Shown here: one piece after another, positions 1 to 10,958 of the stretch
Numbering within the stretch: the first letter of the stretch is position 1
Layout of the letters: each line of letters opens with the position of its first letter
Origin: the human T2T-CHM13v2.0 reference genome, Homo sapiens
Strand: one strand, 5' to 3'
DNA: 64,000 bases
NCBI RefSeq assembly: GCF_009914755.1
Contig: NC_060939.1
Made by a program: the position numbers and the translations under genes
The notes under the pieces: model-generated
The model's input: the letters and a program-made list of their open reading frames with translations, nothing else
Databases searched by the model: none
What the model was told of the DNA's origin: nothing

Positions 1-554
1 ACACTGCTGGGCAGAGCCTGAGCCAGAGCCAGTGTCGGGGACACAGAAGCTGAGTGGGCCCCAAATACCAGCTCCCTCCCTCCACCTTCCTCCTCCAACC
101 TCCCCTCCCTGCTGCTGCCCTTCAAAGCCAACAGGAGAAGCCTGATGGTGGCTCAGAGAAATAGAACCCCGGACAGGTGGGGTGGGGGCAGCGACGGTGA
201 GAGGGAGTGTCACTGTGGGGGCAGGGGAGTGTGCAGAGAAAGCCTGGAAGACAGGGCTTGCCAGAGCCTGGGAGTTGTGGGAATTCCTATCCAAGAGAAA
301 AAGGAAAGGCATGGAACTCTTTCTGCCTCCATATTTCCTAGCAACTGCAGAATGGGCTTTCAAAAGGAATATTGAAAGATGTGTGAGATTAAACCCTCCG
401 TGGAGCTGAGCATATGTGCATGCTCAAGGCATGTGTATGTGTGCACGTGTGTGGGCACATTCACACATATAAGCATAAACAAGGACAGGTGCCCACACCT
501 ACAAGTATATGTTTACATGTATGCATGTACAGTTGGTGGGGTCAGCATGGAGGG

Positions 555-557
<3 letters not shown>

Positions 558-606
<49 letters not shown>
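558..606. repeat. (TG)~24 microsatellite within a degenerate TG/TA-rich tract (~410-670)
   Basis: Uninterrupted tgtgtg run read directly. Confidence 0.97.
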
Positions 607-608
<2 letters not shown>

Positions 609-859
609 CTACTGGAGTACTGCATACATGTGTGCATATGAGTATACATTTGTGTGCAGGTATGTGCATGTGTTCCTATTATCCTAGAATGCAGCCGTCC
701 TGCAAGATTAGCCGGCCTCCCCTATCACGTTGTTCAATCACAATTCTGGGCTGCAGAAACCAAAGGTAAAAGCTAAAAGCCTTTTCCCCAAGATGATAGG
801 GAAGAGAGACAGCGAACTGCAGCTGGCAGCCACCTGAGCGTGGCATCATGGAAAAGTAC

Positions 860-1073
860 CAGCTTGGTTTTGGAGCTAGATCGCCCTTGGATCTGGGCCC
901 TGCCCTGCCATCTAGAAGGGCAAGTTCTTTAATTTCCCTGGGCCGCAGTTGCCTCATCTGTAAAACAGAGATGTCAGCGTGACCCCAAGAAGGCTAGGCT
1001 AAGGGTTGGTGCGCAGAAAGCACTTAGCAGAGCCTGCCAGAGGAAGCATGCACTCAACTCAGCTATTGTGATT
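860..1073 (+). mobile_element. MIR SINE relic
   Basis: Core cagttgcctcatctgtaaaacagagat and 3' part aaagcacttagcagagcctg. Confidence 0.75.
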
Positions 1074-2234
1074 CACTGCTGTGCTCCTGCCATCTCCTTG
1101 GTTGCCCAGACAAGGACCCAGATCTCCAGCCCCTCCCTGCTCCAGGCGAGGCTGAGGGAGCCACTCCATTTCCCTCCTAGCACCTCAGAGAAGAGTTGCC
1201 ATATCCCAGAGTGTGAGCACATCTCACTAGCAGTGTTTGCAGCCTTAGTCTCCACCCATCTCCTCTGGGCAGGCCCCTCGCCCCCTGGCTAGCTGGATGT
1301 CTCGCTGGCAAAGTAATTCTTGGCCTCCATAGTCAGGCAGAGCTGCTTTCAACTAGCTACAAGCCCATGGGCCGGGGGCAGAGAGGGTGAGGGCCCAGCT
1401 TACATGGGTGAACCCAGGAGTCTGGCATCTCACACACAGCAAAAGAGACACTGGCCTTGCAAACCTTAAATCCTTTACAGATGAGGAAACAAGTTCCCAA
1501 GGTCAGCCAGTGAGTTAGAGCCAGGGCCCGCATCAGACCCAGAGATGTGGGTGTGGAAGTGGGATTTTGTTCCCATGTCAGTGGCAGGGTTGGGGGTAGG
1601 GGAGGCTGGACCACAAAGCATGCTGGGAGGGAAAATGGACCTGTGGCTATGAGGAGGGGCAAATTAATAACTGGGTATTGTGGGGAGCAGAGGAATGGGT
1701 GCAGAAATGAGTGTCCAGTCCTCTGAAATGTTCCATGTTTAGAAGCAAGTTGAGTGCCCTCTTTTCCTCCCTAGCCTCATTTTACCCATTCATAAAATGG
1801 AAGAATGGACTCTCTAAGCCTACTCTCTCTCCCATGTTTGATGCTCTGGGACTGGGCTGTCGGGTCCCTGGGACATGGTTGCATGAGCTATAATCTTGCT
1901 AGCAGCCGTGGATGGAGAGGTGGGAGTGGAGAGATTCTGGGGTGGTGCAGCTGTGCTCCTGCCCTCCGCTCCTGTTGTAGTGTGGAAAAAAGTATTCTTC
2001 CTACTTTCCGAATCACACACAGGCAACTGTAGAGAGGCAACTTGGTAGGGAGACAGGACGTATCCTCCAGCCCCTTCCCTCACTGACTGTGCAGCCGCGG
2101 GTGTTGTGTGGTCCCTCTACCCCTCTGCCCATCTTAGAGGGCATTAAGGGTCGCACCTACACCAGGGTGGTTAGGAAGATTCAGAGAGGTTGTTGCATCA
2201 AGGGCCTTTTAAGTACCGGTCTACATGGCACAGA

Positions 2235-2430
2235 CACAGCAGTGAACCAACAAAACAAACATCTCTGCCCTCTTGGAACTGACATTGGAAATTAGACATA
2301 GTGACAAATTAAATAAAAAAATAGAAAGAATATCAGGGGTGGTAAGTGTCACAGATAAAAATCAAACAGGGAAAGGGGGAGTGCAGGAGGGGGCACAGGG
2401 AAGGCATGGGTGCAGTTCAGTGAACAAGGC
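2235..2430 (-). mobile_element. L2 LINE 3' fragment
   Basis: gcagtgaaccaacaaaacaaacatctctgccctcttggaactgacatt resembles antisense L2 3' end. Confidence 0.65.
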
Positions 2431-3104
2431 TGCAAGAAAAGAGATCTGTTTCTGCGCCTCGATTTCCTCATCTGTAATGTGGGCACAATACCACCCACCT
2501 TATCTATCTCCCAGGTTCCTTCTAGGGAATAATTATGGTCTAAGGGGCTTTATGGAGTTTAAAGTCTAGGGGGTGAAAGAGGACCTGGGGGGCACTGGCA
2601 TGAAATGGGCAAAGATCATGTTAACGATTGTTAGTCTGGGTCAGGACCATGGCTCAGGGCAGCGACGTCCCCAAACTGACCCAGGCCCTGTTACTATTGA
2701 GCCAGGCCATCCTGGGCCTCCTTGTTGGGCCCTGTCCCTCCACTCTCCTCCAAGCCTCAGGAAGCACATGGCTTCCCGGCTCAGAGCCCTCTCAGCCCCA
2801 GGCACCCCATCTGACACTGACTCCCCACAACACCCCTCTAGCAGACAGAGCTGGGGGGACTTGGGTCCTGGAGCCTGCTGGGCTCTCCGGCCCTGTGACT
2901 CCTGGGGAGCCATCTCCTCCTCAGGGCCTCTTCTTTCTCAGCTATAAGACAGGAGTCCCTGTGCGGGTGGAACAGATGATGTGTGTCAGGCACCTCATCC
3001 CACACATGCTGGCAGATATCGGGTGTCCAAGGTTCCCCTCCTCATGTGTATACACAACTTCTTCTCTCAGGAAGTGGCGAAGAATAAATGAGATGCAATC
3101 ATTA

Positions 3105-3330
3105 GTTAACTCAAGCATTTACTAGGTGTCAACCACCTGAATACCTTTCATTTGTATTTCATTTAACCCTAAAAACAATCCCACCATGGTGTAGGCACAC
3201 TCACAGTTCTGCAGGTGCCATGAAGTCACTGAACTCTTGGAGCTTCTGTTTCCTTATCTCTAGACCCCTGAGAGGGCGAGACCTTTCCCAGGCCACACAG
3301 GAAGTAGGGGCCCAGGGTGCCTATCTCCAG
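3105..3330 (-). mobile_element. MIR relic, interrupted at 3213-3262 by an opposite-orientation MIR segment
   Basis: catttaaccctaaaaacaatcc ... gagagggcgagacctttcccaggccacacag follows antisense MIR, but the gatgaggaaactgag core is replaced. Confidence 0.65.
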
Positions 3331-3747
3331 GGCCCTGAGAGTGACCACTCTGCAGTTCCTCCTCAAGATTGTGAATGTGGAGAATGCCTTGTGGACTGGG
3401 AAGTATTCAGTGAATGGCAGTTACCACCCAGCTTCATCTGCATCCAGAGAAAGGAAGGCAAGGAAGCTGGGTGGTGCCTTGGATGAGAGCCACAAGCTAG
3501 GTTCCCCTCCTGGTCCCCAGACAAAATGAAATTCCTCTGATGAAGAGCAGCTCATAGTCACCTCCAGAAGAGCTGTGGAAATACTTTGGTCTCCAGCTGC
3601 CTAACTCTTTTCTCTCTCAATGAGTCCTAGACTCAAGGTGTCTTGGTTAGGGTCCCTGCATGCCCCAAGATGTGTGATGTCCTGGCTTCCGTCTCCTCTT
3701 CCATAAAATGAGAGACTTAGAAGAAAACAGCCTCATATCGCTTCACT

Positions 3748-3925
3748 GAGAGGCAGCATTTTTGGTGAGCGGAGCTTTAGGCTGAAAAACAGGAGTGCTG
3801 AGTTCCAGTTCTAGCTCTGCTACAAGGTGCCGTGAAGTCACTGAATGCTTGGGGACTCAGTTTCCTTATCTCTAAATCAAGCATAATACCACACACCCTA
3901 CCTATAACACAGAATTCTCATCAGG
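3748..3925 (+). mobile_element. MIR SINE relic
   Basis: gagttccagttctagctctgc ... ctcagtttccttatctctaaat. Confidence 0.7.
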
Positions 3926-4192
3926 GAAGAATCAACCCTTAGCTCAAGGTAGGCGGCTTGATGAAATAGAGAGAGCATGCTCTACCAAGAGAGAAAGGAG
4001 ACCGCCTGGGTTCTAATTCTGGTTCAGCAGCTTCTGCACTGCTGGATCTTGAGTAAGCCCTTTTCTAGCCTGCTTTTTCATCTGGGAAGGAAAAAAAACT
4101 TCCCTAAGGCTGTTGTAAAGGTTAAATAAGCCAAAGAGGTGTTTAATTATTATCCCCCCCTTTATGGAGCATCTACCATGAGCGATATCAGA

Positions 4193-4906
4193 TGTAGCCG
4201 GCCTCTGAGATGGTCCCCAGTGCCTGCTGGGACTGATGTCCTTAAGCAGCCTCCTCCACCCTGAATAGGCTGACCTTTGTTAAGAGACAGAATTTGCAGA
4301 AAAGATGGAATGTGACCTCTGAGGCTAGGTGGGACAAGACAGTGCTGCTTTCTCCTCCTTTGGATCCCTCACTGTGGGGGAAGGTAGCTGCCATGCTGTG
4401 AGGACACTCAAGCAGCCCTATGGCGTGTGGTTCCACGTGACAAGGAACTGAGGCCTCCTGCCAACAGCCAGCATCAGCTTCCCTGCTGTGTAAGAGAGCC
4501 ATCTTGGAAACAAATCTTCCAGCTCAGTCAAGTTTCCGATGACTGCAGTCCCAGCTGACATCATGACTGCAACTTCTTGAGGGCCTTGAACAAGAACCCC
4601 CAGCTAAATCATTCCTGAATACCACTATACTGATGGTAACTCATCATCAGTAACTCACATGCCTAGCTCTATTAGACAGTTTCAACATTTACCATTGAAA
4701 AAATGCTACACACACCACACTGTTAAACACAGCATTTCACACAGATGTCTCTACACTGAGGCACTCATTCATGCACCAACCTCCATTGAACACAGAGTGT
4801 CAGGACTCCTGACCCACAGAAACTGTGTGAGATATAAATGTTTATTGTTGCTTTAAACTATGACATTCAGGGATAATTTGTTACGCAGCAATAGCTAACA
4901 AATACA
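4193..4906 (+). mobile_element. MLT1F-type MaLR LTR with internal 186-bp insertion
   Basis: aaggaactgaggcctcctgccaacagccagc, gccatcttggaa, tcctgacccacagaaactgtg and terminal ttgttacgcagcaatagctaacaaataca. Confidence 0.88.
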
Positions 4907-5641
4907 GATGTGGTCTCCGCTCTCTTTAACCTGGATTTAGAGGAGAGAAAAGCACATGGGGAGATGGTAACATAAGGTGTGTATGGTGAGAGCCAACCTT
5001 CAGCATCACAGGCTTCTCCAAGGCCAGGGCACAGATGACCTCTGCTATCATTCCTTTCAGAGGATGTCTGGGAGGCCATGGGGGAGAAGTTGCCCTGAAA
5101 AGCAGACCATACTTTCTGCTCAGATGTGAAGGGTTGTTATTAAAAGAAGGGAAATGTCTGGGAGATGTTCCAAGCCTGACGGTTTGACCCCCGAGCCTAG
5201 CCACTGAGGGGAGGGTGAACAAGCACAGTAGCCCACATCTGAAGGGCACTATCTAATGTCAGGCACTGGTGGGCTCCATGCTGGCCTGGCACTCAGAGTC
5301 ACAACCGTGAGTCTTACAGAAAGGGCTCCTTTACTGTGACTTGAAAAAGAGGAGGAAAAGGACTCCTTAGCTCTCCTAACGGGCCTGGCCACTCTCTGAT
5401 TTTCACACGTAATGGGGCAGGAAATTGCCCGTGGTGAATGAGCGAGACCTTCTACCTGTGGGTGGAAATGGGTAATGAGAACTTAAATCCAGGCACATCA
5501 CTGGATCACATTAGGGAGTCAGCTTGCAAAAATGATTAGGAGGGTTTTAATATCCAGCGATTGGATGGATACCCATCTCCCGCAGCGACCTCGGACTCAT
5601 TAACCTAGCGGTCCTGCGTGGGCAATCAATCATTTGTGCTT

Positions 5642-5819
5642 GTGGAGTGGCCTCCATCCCAGATCTCTTATGGGGCCTTCCAGAACCCAGAGATTTGAAA
5701 TAATTAAAATCCTCCTTGGCATGATGCAACCAGCTCCCCTTAAGTGCAGCTCGGATCCTCCTTCAGACCTTGCCTTAGCGAAGAGCTCTGAGCTTAAAGC
5801 CCCATCTGGGAGAGTGAGT
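5642..5819 (+). repeat. Local direct duplication, copy 1 (~178 bp; partner 6434-6609)
   Basis: Manual alignment: about 24 mismatches plus a 2-bp indel (~85% identity). Confidence 0.95.
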
Positions 5820-6433
5820 AGAGGAGGCAAACTGCTGGGCTCACCTCTCGCTTCCTTGTCTCTGTACAGGTGATGTTAAGAGGCAGTGCGGCCTAGTGGT
5901 AGAAGCACTAAGCCCATGGTGGGAGTGCCAGGGCCCTGGGGCTGCTCCACTGCCAGTGATCGTGTTATCAAGTCATGTCCCTTCCCAGACGTGTGACCCA
6001 CCTGGTCCAGTTCTCTTCATGAGCTCTGTCACTGATCACCCATAGACCCTCTCCCCATGACTCCCCAGAGTCAGTTCCTCATGTTTCCTCACCCAAAACT
6101 CCCCATCTCCTCCCCAGCCACCGTTTTTCTTTCTGCACTCACTTTGGTACTTCCTTCTTTAGATTTCTTCAGGAAATTCTATCATCTCATCTCTGGAAAT
6201 ACTTAACCCAGCTCTACCCCTAGGCCACACCTAAACACATCAGCCGAAGGCTTCCTCCGTAGCTTTCCTATCCCTGGCCTCTTCATTCCAGTAAGTCTTG
6301 TCTTGGACATTGCTTTCACATCATCCTTCTGCTCCAAGACAAGCAGGGGCTCCACTGAGCATCGCAGCTCTCCATAAATCCCCCAGCCTGGCCCAACCCA
6401 CCGCTCACCCAACACATGCTCAGTGTACCGTTG

Positions 6434-6609
6434 GTGGAGTGGCCTCTATTCCAGACCTCTTATGGGGCCTTAGAACCCAGAGATTTGAAATAATTAAAAT
6501 TCTCCTTGGTGTGGTGCAACCAGCTTCCCTTAAGTGAAAGTTGGTTCATCCTTCAGACCTTGCCTTAGCAAATTGCTCTAAGCTTGCGGCCCCTCCTGCG
6601 AGAGTGAGT
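6434..6609 (+). repeat. Local direct duplication, copy 2 (partner 5642-5819)
   Basis: Shared core agaacccagagatttgaaataattaaaatYctccttgg; both copies end gagagtgagt. Confidence 0.95.
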
Positions 6610-7309
6610 GGTGCACGCGCTCAGTATCCCACTCACCATGCCTTCCCTCTCTCTCTGTCTAGCAGACCCTGCCATCTCAGCATCTTACTCAGCCTCTCTT
6701 CCTCCCAGAAGCTGGCCCTGCCAGCTCTGGCTCCTGTGGGTCTCTCCCCAACTGGGAACTCCTGCAGCACTTGCGGCCCTGACCCTGCAGCTTCACACCG
6801 ACTCCTACCAGCTGGAGGGCCCTCACCTATCTACGTTAGGCTTTCTGCAGACTGACAAGACCTTTGAGAATTCTGTCATCCACATCCCCTTGCAGGGCCT
6901 GGAGCGGGGCTTGTTCAAGGTAAATGTACAGCAAATGTTTCTGTTCATAATGACTTAAGATAGGGTCTCTGCCATTGAGAATATTCCTTGAGGAATATTC
7001 TGCTACATTTGTATTCATAGAATTTAGAGCTCAAAGGAGCCCAGGAGACCCCTGTTCTATCCCCTACAGATGAAGAACTAAGCCCTGCCCGGCCCCACAC
7101 CTCCATGCGGGGCCAGATTGTACAGTAAAAAGCAGCATTTATTTTTTTCTGGATCTCAAACACTAGATAGGAAAAAAAACACCCTAAAATATTATTATCT
7201 AGGTATCAGGAGAGCTGGTTTTGGGTCTAAGGTGTGCCATTTATTTGCTGTGTGACTTTGGGCAAGTCACTTAACCTCTCTAGATCTCAAGAATGGATTA
7301 TGCTTTATA

Positions 7310-7312
<3 letters not shown>

Positions 7313-7352
<40 letters not shown>
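7313..7352. repeat. (TG)20 microsatellite
   Basis: Direct read. Confidence 0.97.
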
Positions 7353-7354
<2 letters not shown>

Positions 7355-7360
7355 GCTTTT

Positions 7361-7632
7361 ACATATATAGGTGCCTATATACGTGTATATAGGTGCCTAT
7401 ATACGTGTATATATATGTACCTATATATGTGTGTATATAGGTACCTATATATGTGTGTATATAGGTACCTATATATGTGTGTATATAGGTACCTATATAT
7501 GTGTGTATATAGGTACCTATATATGTGTGTATATAGGTACCTATATATGTGTGTATATAGGTACATATATATGTGTGTATATAGGTACATATATATGTGT
7601 ATATATATATATATAGGCACATATATATATAT
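7361..7632. repeat. 24-bp minisatellite (tatataggtacctatatatgtgtg), ~11 units
   Basis: Cores at 7370, 7392, 7416, 7440, 7464, 7488, 7512, 7536, 7560, 7584, 7616. Confidence 0.95.
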
Positions 7633-7830
7633 AAAAAAGGAGCTTGCAGAACTTCTAGGCTGAAGCAAGAGGGGTGGAGGAATGTCACCTTGCTGATAAC
7701 CAGCAAGCGCCCCCAAATCCAAACTGCTCAGAAGCGGCACTGACCCATCTGCAGCCTCTTGTTCCCACACACCATCACTGCCAGCTGCCCTTTTCCCACC
7801 TCCTCTTCCTTACCACGATGCCCCCGAGCT

Positions 7831-7886
7831 GGCCAGGTCAGACCGCCCACACCAGGCCAGGCCAGACCGCCCACACCAGGCCAGGC
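7831..7886. repeat. 24-bp tandem duplication (ggccaggYcagaccgcccacacca) x2.3
   Basis: Direct read; one mismatch between units. Confidence 0.93.
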
Positions 7887-8369
7887 ACCTCGGCAAACCC
7901 AGGCTGTTCCAGATCTTCCTGAAACCTGCCAGGGGCAAGGATCCTTTCCAGATAGGATCCCTGTGGAGAACTAACTGGGGCTAACAGCTTGGAGGCTTTG
8001 TAATCATCTAGAGAGGGAGCAGATGATTGAAAGTTTTCCACAGCCAGACAGAGGGCAACCTCGCCTGGCCAGACCCCCCCTTAGAGGCAGCCTCAGGGCT
8101 TGCAGGCCAAGATCCTTCTTGGAGTCCTACAAGCCTAGCTCTCTGACACTACGTATTTCCTAAACCAATCCCAGGGGATTGCAGGGTTGCATGCATGATG
8201 CCCTATTTGCAGGTAATAGGAGGAGCAAAGGTTCCTGTGATTGTACAGTGAAAGGAGGTTCTAGGGAACATGACGCCCAGCCCCAAGTCACTCACCCAGG
8301 GGCTCCTCGAGAGCATTCCTGGGACGGGCTGCAAAGTGGGCCCACCAGAGAGAAGAACACTCAGGTTCC

Positions 8370-9322
8370 GCAGCTCTGCATTTTGATAAAAATGGCTGGC
8401 CATGATTAATGCATGGAGCGCTATAGAGGAGGAGGCCACTGGATACTTTCTGAAGCAGCGCCCAACTTCCAGAAATATGGAAGGCCATTAATTATTGATT
8501 CTCAGGCAGGAGATGTGCCTCCCTGGGCAGAAGCAGCTCTGAGATGATTTCCTATGTAAATCTGCAAGAACCCACTGGGAACACCAATGCTTGGTGGGCA
8601 AGAGGGGGCCAATCGCAGGTGGCCAGTGTCCCCATAGGCCCCCCGCTTCCCGGGCCATTCCCGTCGGGCAAGGGGTCAGGCCCAGAGGCAGAGACCCACC
8701 CCCAAAGCCAAATTATTATTATCATTACCATTATCATCTATTAAAAGTAGCCCCCACCAAGTCAGCTGACCCTCCTAACAGAGGCGCCTCATTAAATTCC
8801 TGTTGTGACAAGGCCAGAGCTTCGAGATCAAGAAAAACTGGGTGCTGAGAAAGGAACAGACGCCACCATGTCCTTATTTATGACACAGAGTGTTTTATAT
8901 ATATGAAAAGCCGGCCATAATTTGCTTATAAATAATTGACTTCTCCTAGATTAAAATCTCTAGAGGGAGTCTCAGTTTATTCACAAGGTGCTTCTGCCTA
9001 CAGTGCAAATTAGGCCCTTTCAAATCTGTCTTATCTCAACCCCGAACGTTATGAAGAGTGATTTTTTTTCCTTCATCCCCTGTAATAACCTTCAACTAAC
9101 CTTTAAACCAGAGTGAATAATTTAAATCTTATTTTCATATCAATGGAGGAGTCAAGCCAAGCAATTATCTTTTATCTGTATACTCTGTCGTCAGAGCGGC
9201 AGGCATAATCAAGTTTTCCCAAGCGAGCCAGATGAGAGAGAGAAAGAGTGAGGAAGTGAGAGATGGTATCTGAAGACATTAACGCAACAATGAATTATTC
9301 AATAATGAGTACAAGATCTGTC

Positions 9323-9365
<43 letters not shown>

Positions 9366-9930
9366 GAAGCTCTACATCTGCCCAATGTTCCAGGCAGGCC
9401 AAGGCTGGCAGTATGGGGGAGGGGGTGCCAGGAAGGGGGTCTGGGCTAAGCATGACAAATCGGCAGATCATCTGCTCAATTAGGACAGAGAGCAGGTGCA
9501 TGGGGCACATTTGCAGCACAGGACGACACTGTTGTGGGCCAAACAACAGGCTGAGGGAAAACACCTAATTTGTGTGACAGTGATTTAGAACAGCTCTAGC
9601 TATGATTTTGCTAAAGGGGAGGGGCTCGGGCAAGAAAAAGATTTCAGAGGGGGGCGTGGAAGGAAGAAGGGAAGATTTTTTAAAAAATAAAAACAAAAAG
9701 CGAGAAAAGGTTGAAATTCCCCACGGTGCTCATTAAAATTCTACCGCACGCATTTCTTCCCTGGGTCCCCCTGGACTGCCCGTGATCATTTTTATTAATT
9801 CATAAAATATCGCACCAGTGATTGAGGCTGATGATTAGTGGAGCCGACAAACACAAGAGCTGGTGAAATATTGCAGCAGCTCCTGTCGGGTCTCTCCAAG
9901 TGAAAACACAGACGTCGCATGAAAATTCAT
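8370..9930. promoter_or_regulatory. Candidate developmental enhancer cluster
   Basis: No recognisable interspersed repeat; dense TAAT/ATTA, TGACA, AACAAT, TTATC and TTTAT motifs; retained CpGs. Confidence 0.55.
9326..9363. repeat. (AC)19 microsatellite
   Basis: Direct read. Confidence 0.97.
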
Positions 9931-10631
9931 CCTTCAAAGGCCTTGAGCAGCCAGGCCGTGCTGAGGGGCAGGCGGAGGGACCAGTGTGTCTACTGCGGCT
10001 CCTGCCACCCCAGGGGTCTCCCTTGTTAAGACACCCAGTGGCACCAGCAGACATTTCTCATCCCTATCTCTTGGATTATGGGAAATGCCTGCTTGAGACA
10101 GAGATGTCCTTTAACCTCCCTTGGGAAATGGACTGTCAGGCATTAGCAAGAAGCGGGTCAGAGGTTTCCACTAGAAACTCAGCTCCTGGCTTGGCAGGTG
10201 CAATGGCTTAGAAACCAGCACCCACAAGAGCCCGGGTGCTCCCACACTTATCCCAGGCTCTTTTCAAAATGTCCTCATCCTCTGTCCCTTCCCAGAAACT
10301 CAATCAGTGGCTATGGAGAAACTCCATTTCTGTGCATCATGTATTAGAACTCTCATTTTACCAGTGAGGAAACTTGTGTCTGGCAATGTTAAATAGTAAG
10401 AACAAGGCCTCAGGGCCAGCAGAGATGGAGGTCCTGGTTGCAGGAAAAGCAGAGTAAAATTCTGTGTTCAGTTATAATGACTGTGCTTGCAGGTTTCTGC
10501 TGTGATTGTCTTTTTCCTTCTGGTTTCTGATGCCCTTTTCCTTTTTTTACTGATTATTCTATTCCACACTTGCTTCTACATTTGAAGACGTAGCACCTAC
10601 TTTGTGACACTAGGTGGAAAGAAAGACTAGG

Positions 10632-10958
10632 TCAGTTGCTCTCAACACTGACCTGACCTGCAGAGACTTACTAAATGAGAATATTGAGGAAGGGGATGAG
10701 GCCCAGGAATCTGCATTTCAACCAGCTTGCCAAGTGAGTCTCATGCACTAGAGGTGGAGAACCACTGGCCCAGAGACATCAGAGCTCAAGGCCGTGACTG
10801 TACCCTAGAATCACTGGAAGACCTTTTGAACAAAAATAATCCCCTAGGCCCCACCCCAGAGATTCAGATGCAATTGTTCTGGGGTGAGACAAAGGCATAG
10901 TATTGTTCAAAGATTTCCAGGTGTTTACAGTGAGCACCCAGCCAAGTTGAGAAACACT
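10632..10958. mobile_element. Two adjacent MER5-family (hAT-Charlie) elements
   Basis: ggcccaggaatctgcatttcaaccagc...gagaaccactg and ggccccaccccagagattcagat...ccaagttgagaaacact. Confidence 0.8.

Noticed and set aside
379-769. Cys/Val-rich ORFs (CVCVCV), also near 7316, 9295, 21022 and 57338
   Set aside because: Translations of (TG)n/(CA)n microsatellites.
5814-5869. Apparent GT...AG mini-intron after the first duplicated cassette
   Set aside because: Only 56 nt, below the practical minimum for human spliceosomal introns.
5634-6537. Two ORFs sharing the peptide RTQRFEIIKILLG
   Set aside because: Consequence of the DNA duplication; the frame is broken by a 2-bp indel and stops differ, with no coding signature.
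7361-7632. CRISPR-like or repeat-protein (YIGTYICV) reading of the palindromic array
   Set aside because: No unique spacers; a slippage-derived minisatellite in a primate genome.
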